64,000 nt of DNA, taken from contig OY760686.1 in assembly GCA_963663865.1 (NCBI GenBank), forward strand, positions 1,408,001 to 1,472,000, given 5' to 3'. The stretch comes from Spirochaetota bacterium. GTDB lineage: Bacteria; Spirochaetota; UBA4802; UBA5550. A program made the translations under genes and the position numbers. Within the stretch, counting starts at the first letter, position 1. The number at the start of each line of letters is the position of its first letter. Under the pieces are notes generated by a model. The model was not told where the DNA came from and did no database searches. It saw only the letters and a program-made list of their open reading frames with translations. Below, piece after piece: positions 11,229 through 20,401 of the stretch.

Positions 11229-12059
11229 ATGAGGATAATTTGTGCCTGTATAATGACTGTATTTATAGCATCCGCTGCCGTGATACCGGCAGTTTCGCAG
11301 GATAGCTATGAGGACTACCGTTATCAGAGAGATACCTATAACAGGGATTACCCTTACCAGAGATCGGATGACGGCAAGACAAGACGGGAAAGCCCACTTT
11401 CCGATGTAAGCGTAAGGGAAAAGGAGGACTTTCTCGACGATCTCCGCGGTGCTGTACGGGATGAGATAGATACAAGTATTAGCAAGGAAAGGAAAGCCAG
11501 CACCCAAAAAATAAATGAAAACAAGCTGATAAGAGACGTAAGGCGCATTGTCAAAGAAGAAATTGAAGATGCGATTAAGATCAAGGAAAAGAGGTATCTC
11601 ACAGGAGGAACATGGGAATTAGGAGGTTTCGTATCAGCTCAGTTCAAGGGGCTCTCCAGCAGCGAGGAGGACAATAACTTCAGGTTCCGAATTCAGCCTA
11701 CTGTGAACTACTTTATATTTGAAAACATGGCTCTGAGCCTCAGAGGCGAGGCGGACTTCAATGTGACAGCAAGCTCTCAGATATATAATGCCGGAGCAGG
11801 GCCGATGTTTGTTTTCGGGCTCGACAGAAAGGAGACTATCTGTTTCTATACTACCATTTTCGCCGGTGTCAGCATGAACACAACACTGCAGAATCAAATG
11901 GGTTTCCGGTACGGGAACGAGTTTGGATTTAAGTTTATTCTGACAAGCGGAGTGATTCTCAATTTCGGGGCCCTTGTGGCATTTGATAATGCCGGTGATT
12001 CCATGGAGGGATTTCAGAATATCATAATTCCGACAATGGGTGTTACCGCCTGGTTCTAG
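11229..12059 (+). CDS. Putative outer-membrane beta-barrel protein with N-terminal charged/coiled region
   Basis: RBS GGAGG before ATG 11229; signal peptide; alternating beta-strand pattern; C-terminal aromatic motif MGVTAWF. Confidence 0.65.
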   Translation: MRIICACIMTVFIASAAVIPAVSQDSYEDYRYQRDTYNRDYPYQRSDDGKTRRESPLSDVSVREKEDFLDDLRGAVRDEIDTSISKERKASTQKINENKLIRDVRRIVKEEIEDAIKIKEKRYLTGGTWELGGFVSAQFKGLSSSEEDNNFRFRIQPTVNYFIFENMALSLRGEADFNVTASSQIYNAGAGPMFVFGLDRKETICFYTTIFAGVSMNTTLQNQMGFRYGNEFGFKFILTSGVILNFGALVAFDNAGDSMEGFQNIIIPTMGVTAWF

Positions 12060-13021
12060 AGCCCTCTCTCGTCAGATGACGGGTAATCCTCAATGATTTT
12101 AAGTGATGAGTATTTCGGATGTTTTGAAGACTCGTGTTTTCTTCCGAAAATTATTATTATCTCTGTCTTGAAGTTTTCCCTGATTATAAAATAGTATTCC
12201 GCGGCAAGCTTTCTCAGAAGGTCAATGCCGCGTCCTGTTTCTGATATCATATCTGAAACATCTTCTCCCGTCTCTGCTGACTTCAGTAGAATTTCCTCCT
12301 GTATAAGCGCTCTGTTGATGCTTGCCAGTATCTTTTCACGGGTCAGTTTGCCGTTGTAGTCGGTAATGGAAACGCCATAGCAGCTGGCCGACAGGGCAAG
12401 AGCTATATCCACCCTGCTGCCGGTAAGTGTAACCGGAAGTCTTCTTTCCTTTTCAGCAGTCAGCCCGTGGGAATGATAAACGGCGTTTACCGTCATCTCA
12501 TTTAAAAGCAAATTGAAGGCCATTCTGTTTTTGACCTCATAGCCGCCCTTAATCAGCTTTTCGTAGAGAAGCTGAATGGAGCTGGCGATCTGTCCGGACT
12601 TTGTTATGCTGATCCTGAAGGACTGCAGCGGGCCGGGCATATAGTTGTTCAGCCCGAAGATGTTTTCACGGTTAATCAGCTTGTCGCTGAGAATCAGCAG
12701 CTCATGTTCATCGATAGGCCAGGCGAGCACATTGCCTATTCCCTCCTTAAAAATACGGTTGAAGTAGTAGTCAATCTCGCGGTCTGATATCATAATCGCG
12801 GGAATAAAAGGATAGTTTTCCTTCAGATACTCGTAAAGGGCGAATGAGTTGTCGCCGGGCAGCTCAATCGCGCTTACGACAAGGTCAAAGCTCAGCGAGT
12901 TTAGTTTGAGTATCGCGTCGAAAGCGTTTTTCGAAAGCAGAGGTACGTATCCGTTTCTTTGATAGATGCCGCAGAGAAGGTGTCCGCAGTTTGAGTTATC
13001 GACGATAAGAATATTTTTCAT
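12056..13021 (-). CDS. Receiver-like domain fused to HATPase_c (RsbW/anti-sigma-type) domain
   Basis: N-terminal ILIVD...FDLVVS.IELP receiver fold; C-terminal N-box LNEMTVNAVYH, ITDYNG and ETGRGIDLL. Confidence 0.75.
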   Translation of the reverse strand: MKNILIVDNSNCGHLLCGIYQRNGYVPLLSKNAFDAILKLNSLSFDLVVSAIELPGDNSFALYEYLKENYPFIPAIMISDREIDYYFNRIFKEGIGNVLAWPIDEHELLILSDKLINRENIFGLNNYMPGPLQSFRISITKSGQIASSIQLLYEKLIKGGYEVKNRMAFNLLLNEMTVNAVYHSHGLTAEKERRLPVTLTGSRVDIALALSASCYGVSITDYNGKLTREKILASINRALIQEEILLKSAETGEDVSDMISETGRGIDLLRKLAAEYYFIIRENFKTEIIIIFGRKHESSKHPKYSSLKIIEDYPSSDERGL

Positions 13022-13191
13022 TTAATAACATAACCCGCTTTTTGAAGCATTAAAATGATAATAAAAACACTAAATATTTAATTGAGTATTGACTTTGTTG
13101 TGATACTGAATAAACTTATATTATAGAAGGGCAACCGGCCTGTTTTGTCAACCCAGATAGGCGGTTTTTATTACATTGCGGAGAGAGAGCT

Positions 13192-13911
13192 ATGAAAAAA
13201 ACAGCTTTACTGTTAGTATGCATTGCGGCGGCTGGATTGTCTGCCGACTTGGGCGCGCAGGATAATACAAAGCAGAAAGAGTACAGCCTCAGCTCTAAAG
13301 TCCTTGAGGAACAGTGCAAAGAGCTTGATACGGAAATACTCAATATCACAAAAAAACTGGCTACTATAGTAAAGGACACCGATCTTCTGAAGACAAAGGA
13401 TATCCGGATTTTGCCATATCAGAGCTCGTATAGAATAGGCGATGACTATATTGAGATTGAAAGGCATAAGTATATAAAGGCAAACTCCTATCTGAATAAT
13501 CCGGCAGGCATTGGAGACATAAGGGGTATACGCAAGAAGAGTCTGAGAGTTTATATCTCCGGGCAGACAATCAGCAAGCTTGAATCGAGAATCAGCGAAA
13601 AGATGTTTAACTCGGGAGAGCTTTTGGAGATTACAATAACCGACACATCGCCTCTTGACGAGAATACGGACGATATAACATTCACTCAGATGTACAAGAA
13701 CAGGAAGATATTTGAGAATAAGAAGCTTGGAGACATTAAAAATACAACTGCTTCTCCTATACGAAACGAAATCAAGAGGGATTTTATAGTGCCTCATCTT
13801 ACACAGTTTTTTAATTCGCTGATGTTTATTACCGAGGCCTATGCGCGTTCGAATAAGGATTCTGACAAGGACATGGCGGAGTTTTTAAGAAAAGCGGCAC
13901 AGTTTCAATAG
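13192..13911 (+). CDS. Exported protein resembling Leptospira flagellar-coiling protein FcpB
   Basis: Signal peptide. Segments KELDTEI..ITKKL, IRILPYQ and IKNTTASPIRNEIKRDF resemble FcpB as recalled from memory; not searched. Confidence 0.6.
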   Translation: MKKTALLLVCIAAAGLSADLGAQDNTKQKEYSLSSKVLEEQCKELDTEILNITKKLATIVKDTDLLKTKDIRILPYQSSYRIGDDYIEIERHKYIKANSYLNNPAGIGDIRGIRKKSLRVYISGQTISKLESRISEKMFNSGELLEITITDTSPLDENTDDITFTQMYKNRKIFENKKLGDIKNTTASPIRNEIKRDFIVPHLTQFFNSLMFITEAYARSNKDSDKDMAEFLRKAAQFQ

Positions 13912-13923
13912 GAAATCTGCTCA

Positions 13924-14706
13924 TCAGCTTAAATCAAGTTTAAATATTCTGGCTGTGTTTGCGGTTGCGGCGTCCGCCGTTTCCTCAGTACTCAGCCCGA
14001 GCAGTTCAGCCGCGGCCCTGAGATTGAATACGATATTTGCAGGCTCATTGAACTGTTCATCTCCGTGCTTTTTTTCAACGGGGGGGATGTCCGGGCTGTC
14101 GGTCTCAAGCAAAAAGTGATCCGGGAAAATCCTTCGGAGCATCTTTGCTCTTTTTGGGCTGTTGCGGTAAGTCAGTATACCGCCAAGTGAAAAGGCTATG
14201 TTGAGCCTGATGAAGACCTCGGCAATCTCAGCGCTTCCCGAGAAAGAGTGAATGATGCCCCCCGCCGGCAGGCCGCCGATCCTTATGATTGACCTTGCCG
14301 CTTCCTCGAAGGCTCCGCGGCAGTGCATGATGACGGGAAGTCCGAGCTCTTTCGCTATGGACAGCTGAGCTTCGAAGAATTCAAGCTGCATGTCGAAAGG
14401 GACCGGCGCTTTTTTTTTGTCGAGCCCGATTTCTCCGATGGCTGCGGCCCCTCTTTTCCCGGCGAGATACAGGGCGTCAAGGCTTACACTGTCACACTGT
14501 TTGATATACCAGGGATGAATCCCGTTAGCGAATTCAACCTGGGGGAAACGCCCGGCAAGAGATTCTGAAAGCTCCCACTGTTCCGGTGTGATGGAGCATG
14601 TAATCATCTTTACGACGCCGGCTGAATCAGCTCTCTGGACAATACTGTCAATTCGCTGCAGAAGGCTTTCGCTTTCGAGGTGGCAATGGCAGTCGACAAG
14701 CTTCAT
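13924..14706 (-). CDS. tatD: TatD-family metal-dependent nuclease
   Basis: DCHCHL, GIHP, IGEIGLD, MHCR, IHSFSG, LLETDSP. Confidence 0.93.
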   Translation of the reverse strand: MKLVDCHCHLESESLLQRIDSIVQRADSAGVVKMITCSITPEQWELSESLAGRFPQVEFANGIHPWYIKQCDSVSLDALYLAGKRGAAAIGEIGLDKKKAPVPFDMQLEFFEAQLSIAKELGLPVIMHCRGAFEEAARSIIRIGGLPAGGIIHSFSGSAEIAEVFIRLNIAFSLGGILTYRNSPKRAKMLRRIFPDHFLLETDSPDIPPVEKKHGDEQFNEPANIVFNLRAAAELLGLSTEETADAATANTARIFKLDLS

Positions 14707-14707
14707 T

Positions 14708-15124
14708 TTATTCTCCGATTATCTTCACCATCACCCGTTTGGGCCTTCTCCCGTCAAATTCGGCATAGTAGATCTGCTCCCAGGGGCCGAAGTCGAGCTT
14801 GCCTTCGGTAACGGCAATAACCGCTTCGCGTCCCATAATAGTACGCTTGATGTGTGCGTCACCATTGTCCTCTCCGGTCCTGTTATGCAGGTAGCGCCGG
14901 GGCTCGTGAGGCACGAGTTCTTCCAGAAATTTGTCGAAGTCTTGAATGAGCCCGCTTTCGGCATCATTAATATGGATAGAAGCGGTGATATGCATGGCAT
15001 TGACCAGGCAGAGGCCTTCTGTTATTCCGCTTTTGCGCAGTGCCTCTTCAACGTCCCTGGTAATGTTGATGTATTCGCGTCTTGACTCTGTGCTGAAGGT
15101 TAGATATTCCCTGTAAGATTTCAT
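14708..15124 (-). CDS. yjbQ: YjbQ/UPF0047 family protein
   Basis: [47 protein letters not shown] before ATG at 15124. Confidence 0.92.
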   Translation of the reverse strand: MKSYREYLTFSTESRREYINITRDVEEALRKSGITEGLCLVNAMHITASIHINDAESGLIQDFDKFLEELVPHEPRRYLHNRTGEDNGDAHIKRTIMGREAVIAVTEGKLDFGPWEQIYYAEFDGRRPKRVMVKIIGE

Positions 15125-15221
15125 GTTTCCTCCTTTGCGGTGGTATTTGTTCATTTTGAAAGTATTTTATCCAGCGTTTTTTATGTGCTTTGAAGCGGGA
15201 ATCTGAAAACAGAGGTCTATA

Positions 15222-15839
15222 CGCAGGCGGGGATAATATGAGAGCCGTAACACCGAAGGCGAAACGCGGCGCATTCTCCGCCGCAGTCGGGGATATTACA
15301 AAAGCCGCAACGCCGAAGGCGAAACGAGGCACATTCCCCGCCGCAGGCGGGGGATACTGCGAGAGCCGCAACGCCGAAGGCGAAACGAGGCACATTCCCC
15401 GCCGCAGGCGGGGATATTAAAAGAGCTGTAACGCCGAAGGCGAAACGAGGCACATTCCCCGCCGCAGGCGGGGATATTACAAGAACCACAACGCCGAAGG
15501 CGAAACGGGGCGCATTCCCCGCCGCAGGCGGGGGATATTACGAGAACCACAACGCCGAAGGCAAAAGGGGGCGCATTCCCCGCCGCAGGCGGGGGATATT
15601 ACGAGAACCACAACGCCGAAGGCGAAACGGGGCGCATTCCCCGCCGCAGGCGGGGGATATTACAAGAACCACAACGCCGAAGGCGAAACGGGGCGCATTC
15701 CCCGCCGCAGGCGGGGATATTACGAGAACCACAACGCCGAAGGCGAAACGAGGCACATTCCCCGCCGCAGGCGGGGATATTACAAGAACCACAACGCCGA
15801 AGGCGAAACGGGGCGCATTCCCCGCCGCAGGCGGTGATA
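15222..15839. repeat. Tandem array of ~10 units (60-61 bp), each with two GC-rich triloop palindromes (REP/BIME-like)
   Basis: Consensus unit TTAC(A/G)AGAACCACAA-CGCCGAAGGCG-AAACG(G/A)GGC(G/A)CAT-TCCCCGCCGCAGGCGGGG(G)ATA. The CGCAG core recurs at 15222, 15282, 15342, 15403, 15463, 15523, 15584, 15645, 15706, 15766 and 15826. Confidence 0.97.
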
Positions 15840-15880
15840 CGATCCGTCCAGGTGTGTTTTTTGATGAATCCATATAATGC

Positions 15881-15908
15881 TTGACAATTGGTAAATACAT
15901 ATTATAAT
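15881..15908 (+). promoter_or_regulatory. Sigma70-type promoter upstream of coaD-rny
   Basis: TTGACA (15881-15886), 16 bp spacer, TATAAT (15903-15908). Confidence 0.8.
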
Positions 15909-15925
15909 AGTAGTTCTAGGAGTAG

Positions 15926-16426
15926 TTGGATTATAATATGCGAACAGGCATTTACCCGGGATCCTTTGATCCCGTGACTTATGGGCATCTTGATATCATT
16001 AAGAGATCAAGAAATATATGTGATAGATTAATTGTAGCGGTAGCCAGAAACAGCGAGAAAAGCTGTCTGTTTTCTTCGCAGGAACGGATGGAGCTGATTC
16101 AGGGCTGCTGTGGGGAATTCGGTGATTTCATAGAGGTTGTAGCTTTTGACGGATTGCTTGTTGAATATTGCAGAGAAAGGAAGGTTTCCTTCATAATCAG
16201 GGGTCTTCGCTCAGTGAGCGATTTTGAGTACGAGAACCCGATGGCTGCTGTAAACAGGAAGCTATCACCGGAAATAGAGACAGTTTTTTTGACTTCACGA
16301 GAAGAAACCTCCCTGATTTCCTCCCGCCTTGTCAGGGAGGTCGCAGGCTATCACAGTGATGTATCCGCCCTGGTCCCCCCGCTTGTCGCTGGTAAGATCC
16401 GGCAAAAATTTCCGCTGGGCCGCTGA
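15926..16426 (+). CDS. coaD: Phosphopantetheine adenylyltransferase
   Basis: YPGSFDPVTYGHLDII, IIRGLRSVSDFEYE, ISSRLVREVA. Start may be ATG 15938. Confidence 0.96.
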   Translation: MDYNMRTGIYPGSFDPVTYGHLDIIKRSRNICDRLIVAVARNSEKSCLFSSQERMELIQGCCGEFGDFIEVVAFDGLLVEYCRERKVSFIIRGLRSVSDFEYENPMAAVNRKLSPEIETVFLTSREETSLISSRLVREVAGYHSDVSALVPPLVAGKIRQKFPLGR

Positions 16427-16518
16427 TTTCAAAGGCCCTGGGAAGAACTCCTGGTAAATATAAAAGAAGCATCCGATGCTGTTATGTCGCGGGTGTTTCG
16501 GGTTAAAGGGGGTTTGCC

Positions 16519-18048
16519 ATGCTGACGCTTATTTTAATAATCGCTCTCCCTGTTGCGGGTGTTCTCGGGTTTGCTGTAAGAGCCTATATAGGAAAAATCA
16601 AACTCAGCTCCGCAGAGGCCAGGTCCCACCGCATTCTACAGGATGCAGTAAAAGACGCTGAAAACAAAAGAAAAGAGCTTCTTATTGAGGCGAAAGACCA
16701 GCTTCTGAAAGAGAAAAACCTGTTTGAAAAGGAGATGCGCGAGAGACGTATAGAGCTGCAGACAACAGAAAAGAGACTTGTACAGAAGGAAGAGGGGCTT
16801 GAACAACGCTCTGATTCCCTTGAAAAAAGAGACAAACAGATTCAGTTAAAAGAGCAGGAGAACGCGGAAAGAGAGGACGAGCTCCGGAAAGAGTTCGAAA
16901 GACACTACAAAGAGCTTGAAAGGATTTCCGGAATGACAACTGAGGAGGCCAAGTCCCTTCTGCTGAAAAACCTGGAAAATGAGGTGAAGTTTGAGGCCAC
17001 AAAGCTCATTAACAAGATTGAGGATGAGGCCAAGAGGACTGCTGAAAAGAAGGCAAAGGAGATCATAATCACGGCCATACAGAGAAATGCTTCCGAGCAT
17101 ACCTCTGAGTGTACTGTGACAACCGTGTCTCTTCCTTCGGATGAGATGAAGGGCCGTATAATCGGACGAGAGGGGCGGAACATCAGAACTCTCGAGAACC
17201 TTACGGGTGTGGACATGATTATCGATGATACCCCTGAGGTTGTCGTTATTTCCGGTTTTGACCCTGTCAGAAGAGAAATCGCGAGGCAGTCACTCGAAAG
17301 GCTTATTCAAAACGGGCGCATCCATCCCGCCAGGATTGAAGAGGTCGTAAACAAGGTCACTGAGGAGATCGAGTCGGCGATGCTCGAAGAGGGCGAAAAG
17401 GCAGCCTATGAGCTGGGTATTCCAGGGCTTTCCAACGACGCGCTGTATCACATAGGAAAGCTTAAGTACAGGACAAGCTATGGCCAGAATGTTCTCGATC
17501 ACAGTAAGGATGTCGCTAATCTTGCAGGAATAATGGCGGGAGAGCTTGGTCTTGATGTGCATCTTGCCAAAAGAGCCGGCCTGCTTCACGATATAGGCAA
17601 AGGAAGTATTGTCGAGGGCGAGGGTGCTCATGCTCTCGTAGGGGCCGAGATGGCCAGGAAGTTTGGAGAATCAGACAAGTGCGTCAATGTAATCGCTTCG
17701 CACCACAACGACAAGGAACAGGAAAGCTTTGAGGCTGTGCTTGTTCAGGTCGCGGACGCGATATCGGCGTCAAGGCCGGGAGCAAGGAGAGAGTCTCTTG
17801 ACACATATCTCAAGCGTCTTGACAACCTTGAGAAGATTGCAGGAAGCTTTAAGGGAGTTGACAAATGCTACGCCATTCAGGCGGGCCGGGAGCTCAGGGT
17901 ACTTGTGGACAATTCCCTTGTCAACGATGACAGGGCGGAGACCATGGCCCGAGAGATAGCAACACGGATTGAGTCGGAACTCAAGTATCCAGGAATCGTA
18001 CGCGTAACGCTTATACGAGAGACCCGCATTGTTGATTACGCCAAGTAA
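16519..18048 (+). CDS. rny: Ribonuclease Y
   Basis: N-terminal TM, coiled coil, KH domain (GRIIGREGRNIR), HD domain (LLHDIGK). Confidence 0.97.
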   Translation: MLTLILIIALPVAGVLGFAVRAYIGKIKLSSAEARSHRILQDAVKDAENKRKELLIEAKDQLLKEKNLFEKEMRERRIELQTTEKRLVQKEEGLEQRSDSLEKRDKQIQLKEQENAEREDELRKEFERHYKELERISGMTTEEAKSLLLKNLENEVKFEATKLINKIEDEAKRTAEKKAKEIIITAIQRNASEHTSECTVTTVSLPSDEMKGRIIGREGRNIRTLENLTGVDMIIDDTPEVVVISGFDPVRREIARQSLERLIQNGRIHPARIEEVVNKVTEEIESAMLEEGEKAAYELGIPGLSNDALYHIGKLKYRTSYGQNVLDHSKDVANLAGIMAGELGLDVHLAKRAGLLHDIGKGSIVEGEGAHALVGAEMARKFGESDKCVNVIASHHNDKEQESFEAVLVQVADAISASRPGARRESLDTYLKRLDNLEKIAGSFKGVDKCYAIQAGRELRVLVDNSLVNDDRAETMAREIATRIESELKYPGIVRVTLIRETRIVDYAK

Positions 18049-18064
18049 TAAGCAGAAAATATCA

Positions 18065-18097
18065 AATCCGGAGGGGCTCGGCCTCTCCGGATTATTT
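18065..18097 (+). terminator. Stem-loop between rny and ymdB (terminator or processing/stability hairpin)
   Basis: AATCCGGAGGGGC-tcg-GCCTCTCCGGATT followed by ATTT. Confidence 0.6.
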
Positions 18098-18116
18098 CAG
18101 TCATAATCAGGAAATA

Positions 18117-18896
18117 ATGATTAAAGAGTTTAAAATATTAGCGGTCGGCGATGTTGTCGGGCGCGCGGGGCGAGATATTCTCGCGTCAAAACTGCAGGGG
18201 CTTGTAGACGCCGGAAGAATCGACATGGTAGTAGTCAATGGCGAGAACGCGGCCGGCGGCTGGTCGATAACTCCGGAAATATATAGAGACTTTACCGGAC
18301 TTGGTATCCATGTAGTGACAATGGGAAACCATGTCTGGGACAACAAGGATGTTCTGTCCATAATTGATTCCGAAGAAAAGCTCGTTCGTCCGGCCAACCT
18401 TCCGCCGGGGGTGCCCGGAAAGGGCTTCTGCTTTCACAGCGTGAAGGGTACCAGTGTATGTGTTATCAATCTAATGGGACGCACCCACATGCAGCCGATT
18501 GACTGCCCGTTCAGGAAATTTGATTCTGTCTACGAAGAGGTCCGGGAAAGGGCTGATGTTATCGTCGTTGACTTTCACGCGGAGACTACCTCTGAGAAGA
18601 GGGCTTTCGGCTGGTATGTTGACGGGAGGGCGAACATAGTATTCGGGACGCATACTCATGTTCAGACTGCTGACGAGGAAATATTCCCCGGCGGGACTGG
18701 ATATATAACCGACCTCGGGATGACCGGAGCCTTCGATTCAGTTATCGGCATGGGCAAGGAAACCTCAATAAGGCGTTTCCTATACGGCACAAGAGAGAGG
18801 TTTGAGGCTGCGGCCGGCAACCCGAGAATTAACGGAGCCGTGTTCACTATTGGTGAAGACCGGAGAGTATCCGCAATTCGGAGGATCAACGAGTAG
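18117..18896 (+). CDS. ymdB: YmdB-like metallophosphoesterase (TIGR00282 type)
   Basis: GDVVG, NGENAAGG, MGNHVWD, DFHAETTSEK, GTHTHVQTAD; conserved rny-ymdB synteny. Confidence 0.93.
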   Translation: MIKEFKILAVGDVVGRAGRDILASKLQGLVDAGRIDMVVVNGENAAGGWSITPEIYRDFTGLGIHVVTMGNHVWDNKDVLSIIDSEEKLVRPANLPPGVPGKGFCFHSVKGTSVCVINLMGRTHMQPIDCPFRKFDSVYEEVRERADVIVVDFHAETTSEKRAFGWYVDGRANIVFGTHTHVQTADEEIFPGGTGYITDLGMTGAFDSVIGMGKETSIRRFLYGTRERFEAAAGNPRINGAVFTIGEDRRVSAIRRINE

Positions 18897-19911
18897 GCTG
18901 AACTGTAAGGCCAAAGTGCAGTTCAGGTTTTGTTACAGCAGAGGCCGATATTCTCACCTTGATTGAAAAGAAACTTTCCAGCCAGATTATATTTCCCCTT
19001 TTATAGCCGATGTACTCTACCGCTTCCGCTTCAGGCACTTTTATGTCGATGAAGCTGTCCCGAAAATTTTGCAGGATGAGGGCGTGAAGCCTGCGGCGTG
19101 CGAGACGCGATTTTACGAAAAAGCCGAATGAACAATGGTAGGGGCCGGCTATTATCGAGGATGTGTTATCCGCCTCAAGGGGATGAAGGCCTGTCCTGAT
19201 AACAGGGATGTCTGCTTCCGAAAATATCTCGTGCATATCGGCGCAGAGGTCGACGGCTTCATTCAGCTCAAGCGGAATATATTTGCCCGAAATGTGAAGC
19301 TTTTCAAGTTCTGTACCCCTGATAACGACAGTCGGATATATGCGGACCGCGTCCGGCTTAAGGGAGACTGCCTTTCGGGACGATTCAATGGATTTCTCAT
19401 GTGTATCGAGCGGCAGTCCGGGCATGAGCTGGATGACGGTTTTAAAACCGTATTGCCTGAGAAGGCCAATGGCGTTTACGGTGTCTGATGAGGTGTGGCC
19501 CCGATTGGCTGCGTTCAGGACATCGTCGTGGAATGATTGAGCTCCAAGTTCAACGGTCTCGACTCGGGAAGAACGAAGCAGTTCAAGTATATCGGGTGAT
19601 ATGCAGTCAGGTCTTGTTGAGAGCCTGATTGTATCGATCTCGCCTGAATCAAGGTAAGGACGGACAGCTTCGAGAAGCTGCTTCTGGCGTTCAATCGGGA
19701 GGGCGGTGAAGCTGCCTCCGAAGAAGGCGAGCTCTGTCCGTTCAACTGTAGCCGCCTTGAATGAGGTGTACCGTCTGATTGAAGACTCGACTGAGCTTCT
19801 GTCCCGCTCAGGACTGTATCCGCTCGATTTTATCTGATTGCAGAAGGCACACCTGTGAGGGCAGCCCTCGTGGGGGATAAATACAGGCACTGTTATCTGT
19901 TTTTTTGACAT
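18886..19911 (-). CDS. Radical SAM protein (ELP3/YhcC-like subgroup)
   Basis: CPHRCAFC CxxxCxxC motif, FFGGSFT, STRPD, VELGAQS. Confidence 0.9.
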   Translation of the reverse strand: MSKKQITVPVFIPHEGCPHRCAFCNQIKSSGYSPERDRSSVESSIRRYTSFKAATVERTELAFFGGSFTALPIERQKQLLEAVRPYLDSGEIDTIRLSTRPDCISPDILELLRSSRVETVELGAQSFHDDVLNAANRGHTSSDTVNAIGLLRQYGFKTVIQLMPGLPLDTHEKSIESSRKAVSLKPDAVRIYPTVVIRGTELEKLHISGKYIPLELNEAVDLCADMHEIFSEADIPVIRTGLHPLEADNTSSIIAGPYHCSFGFFVKSRLARRRLHALILQNFRDSFIDIKVPEAEAVEYIGYKRGNIIWLESFFSIKVRISASAVTKPELHFGLTVQPTR

Positions 19912-19968
19912 AATACCTGAATAAAGATGACGCAGGATGTGTAAAGTTAAATATTGAACGAGGTGTTT

Positions 19969-20223
19969 ATGGATATTATAAAGGAAAAAATAATCAGTAA
20001 CATCTGTTACACTGAACTTGTTTATGCTCGGATAAACAGGAAGCTTAACCTGGATTTGTCAAATGAACAGATTGAGGAGTTTATTCGTGAAATTCTCGAA
20101 GGAACCCCGGTGAGTGATTATTCACGGGCTGGGAAGAACTATTATGTGTGCAATCATAACAGGCATGTCAGAATAACAATAAACTCGTCTACCTTCAGAA
20201 TTATAACCGCTGATAGAATTTAG
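19969..20223 (+). CDS. Small DUF3781-like protein
   Basis: YTELVYARINRKL...GKNYYV...ITINSSTFRIITA pattern; RBS GAGGTG before ATG 19969. Confidence 0.7.
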   Translation: MDIIKEKIISNICYTELVYARINRKLNLDLSNEQIEEFIREILEGTPVSDYSRAGKNYYVCNHNRHVRITINSSTFRIITADRI

Positions 20224-20401
20224 AAGGATTTTTTAAAATTCCCTGAGAGAGACGGACGGTACGCGGATATAAGTTTTTCACTGAAATCCCAGGAACAAAA
20301 CTCTGTTGACAGCTGATTAAAAGAACAAATAGTAAACTCGTAACAGGAAACAAAACCAGTGCAGCTTATATTTTAAACCGAACTTCTGACAAAGGAAACT
20401 A

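Noticed and set aside
13213-13797. 194-aa minus-strand ORF
   Set aside because: Fully antisense to the FcpB-like gene, which has an RBS, a signal peptide and family resemblance.
15222-15839. CRISPR array interpretation of the 60-61 bp periodic repeat
   Set aside because: The segments between palindromes are near-identical rather than unique spacers, and no cas genes are in the window.
15048-15900. Repetitive ORFs over the array (PPAAGNAPRFAFG / ACGGECAPFRLRR peptides)
   Set aside because: These are translations of GC-rich palindromes. The 60/61 bp unit variation shifts the frame repeatedly and there is no convincing RBS.
16427-16518. Possible 6S RNA upstream of rny
   Set aside because: The gap is only ~90 bp and shows no long irregular hairpin with a central bubble.
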